Source: an uncultured Bacteroides sp. (GTDB lineage Bacteria > Bacteroidota > Bacteroidia > Bacteroidales > Muribaculaceae). Taken from it: a stretch of DNA of 64,000 bases. Shown here piece after piece: positions 62,441 to 64,000 of this stretch; position 1 is the stretch's first letter, and each line of letters starts with the position of its first letter. The DNA lies in contig CAZJWM010000001.1 of assembly GCA_964549975.1 (NCBI GenBank), positions 146 through 64,145 on the forward strand. The letters are read 5' to 3'. The position numbers were made by a program, and so were the translations under genes. The notes beneath the pieces were generated by a model, which was not told where the DNA came from, did not search any database, and was given only the letters and a program-made list of their open reading frames with translations.

Positions 62441-64000
62441 TTGTGCGATGCGTTAAGCAGTTTGTTATATGTGTCGGGGAGGCTCACCACACGCAGAGCC
62501 TCGTTGTAGACGGGATTCTCCTTGTTGGCGATACGATAGTAGGCGGTCATTTCAAAGAGGTCGCGGCCCATGAGTCCGGCAAGCATTGCGGAGATGAGTT
62601 TCTTGGCTTCGGCCACTTCTTCGGCAGTTGCGCTGACGCCGTGTTTCTTGGCGTCTGCCACGAAGTCGGCATAGAATTTGTCGGTGACGCGAAATTTCTC
62701 CACAAAAGCGTCTTCAGTGGGATACGTGTTCTTGAGCTGACTGCGATTGGACTCCACGTAGGAGGCCACATATTGATTAATGAGATTTTTGGCTCGAACT
62801 TCGCGATAGAATTTGTTGACGCCGGTGGTGTCGAGGGGCACGAAGAGGTCGGGCATTATGCCGCCGCCACCGTAGACGGTGCGACCGAGGTTGAGCGTCT
62901 TATATGCGCGCGATTTGTCGAGTTTGATGGAGTCGATGCAGGTGAATTCGCCGTGCTTGTAGCGCAGGTCGAGGTCGTTGGCATAGTCTTCGGTGCTCCC
63001 TTTGGTGTAGGGTTTCTGGATGCAACGGCCCGAGGGGGTGTAGTAGCGGGCGGTGGTAAGGCGCATCATCGAGCCGTCGGGGAAGGGGATGGGGCGCTGC
63101 ACAAGGCCTTTGCCGAAGGTGCGACGGCCCACCACCACGGCGCGGTCGTTGTCTTGCAGGGCGCCGGTGAGGATTTCGGAGGCGGAGGCGCTATATTCGT
63201 TGGTGAGCACCACAATTCGCGGCGAGGTCATGGGATAGCCGGAGGTGGAGCGGAAATATTTGACGGGCTGGTTGAGGCCTTCGGTGTAGACCACGGTGGA
63301 ACCGGCCGGCAGGAAGCATGAGGCGAGGTCTACGGCCGATTGCAGGTAGCCGCCGCCATTGTCCTGAAGGTCAATCATGAGGTTGGTCATCCCCTGCTTT
63401 TGGAGCGAGGAGATGGCTTTGGAGAATTCTTTGGGGGTTTCGGCACCAAACGACGAGACTTTGATATATCCCACGCCGGGGGCGGCCATGTAGGCGGCGT
63501 CGACGGTGTAGAGGGGGATGTTGTCGCGGGTGACGCGGAAGTTGAGGGTGTCGGCCACGGAGCGGCGCACCACCTTCAGTCGGGCCACGGAACCTTTGGG
63601 GCCGCGCAGATGCTTTTGCACCACGGAGTTGGCCAGGCTCTTGCCGGTGAGCAGGGTGTCGTTGCAGGCCACGATGCGGTCGCCGGGGAGCACGCCCACT
63701 TTCTCGCAGGGGCCGTTGGCTATGGTTTGGATCACGTAGACGGTGTCGTTGAGAATCTGAAATTGGATGCCGATGCCGGAGAAGTTGCCGTTGAGGGGCT
63801 CGGTCAGGGCTTTGGTTTCGGCGGCGTTGGTGTAGGTGGAATGGGGGTCGAGGGTTTTGAGCATGGCCACGATGGCTTCTTGCACGATGGTGTCGGCGTT
63901 GACGTCGTCAACATAGTAGTTTTCGATGACGCTTTCGGCCATGAGCAGTTTGCGCGCGGGGTCGATGGTCTGTGCTGTTATGCCGGCAGTCAGGCCCGCG
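62437..64000 (-). CDS. S41 carboxy-terminal processing peptidase (5' end outside the window)
   Basis: PDZ segment (GIGIQFQ...GPCEKVGVLPGDRIVACND), catalytic regions NEYSASASEILTGALQD and RRTFGKGLVQ. The frame stays open upstream of Met-63942 to the window edge. Confidence 0.88.
   Translation of the reverse strand, partial: AGLTAGITAQTIDPARKLLMAESVIENYYVDDVNADTIVQEAIVAMLKTLDPHSTYTNAAETKALTEPLNGNFSGIGIQFQILNDTVYVIQTIANGPCEKVGVLPGDRIVACNDTLLTGKSLANSVVQKHLRGPKGSVARLKVVRRSVADTLNFRVTRDNIPLYTVDAAYMAAPGVGYIKVSSFGAETPKEFSKAISSLQKQGMTNLMIDLQDNGGGYLQSAVDLASCFLPAGSTVVYTEGLNQPVKYFRSTSGYPMTSPRIVVLTNEYSASASEILTGALQDNDRAVVVGRRTFGKGLVQRPIPFPDGSMMRLTTARYYTPSGRCIQKPYTKGSTEDYANDLDLRYKHGEFTCIDSIKLDKSRAYKTLNLGRTVYGGGGIMPDLFVPLDTTGVNKFYREVRAKNLINQYVASYVESNRSQLKNTYPTEDAFVEKFRVTDKFYADFVADAKKHGVSATAEEVAEAKKLISAMLAGLMGRDLFEMTAYYRIANKENPVYNEALRVVSLPDTYNKLLNASHK

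Overview
Chromosomal segment from a fairly GC-rich member of the Bacteroidota. The phylum call rests on T9SS C-terminal sorting domains, DUF1573 and DUF5683 proteins, and repeated exact matches to the Bacteroides -7 promoter element TAnnTTTG correctly spaced upstream of start codons. Most of the window is housekeeping (ligA, a PpiD-like chaperone, relA, bioB, an acyl-CoA ligase, ugd and a capD-like gene, parAB, an MltD-like transglycosylase, nadC, meaB, an S41 protease) or glycan degradation (GH29, a ricin-GH2 fusion, a double GH92 fusion). The accessory part is a complete type II-C CRISPR-Cas locus on the minus strand at about 12.1-18.5 kb. It comprises cas9 (1220 aa), cas1, cas2, an AT-rich leader carrying a -7 box, and 18 identical 36-nt repeats with 17 spacers. 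I also predict a divergently transcribed tracrRNA upstream of cas9. It shows anti-repeat complementarity, a nexus-like AAGGCUA motif and an intrinsic terminator, and it fixes the array's transcription direction. Uncharacterised elements flank the locus: a HIRAN-domain protein with its own promoter, a 212-bp GC-rich palindromic element with 45-bp arms and a C9 tract at the distal end of the array, and a 105-aa nucleoside-2-deoxyribosyltransferase-like gene right behind the tracrRNA terminator. Other items worth a look are an 832-aa protein with a C-terminal Schlafen/AlbA_2-type domain and an 11.5-kb cluster of T9SS cargo (a metzincin plus two roughly 1500-aa paralogous adhesin-like proteins) preceded by twin palindromic operators. 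A mirror-symmetric divergent promoter lies between GH29 and GH2. All functional calls come from motifs read by eye. No database search was possible, so family names and novelty claims are hypotheses to test.
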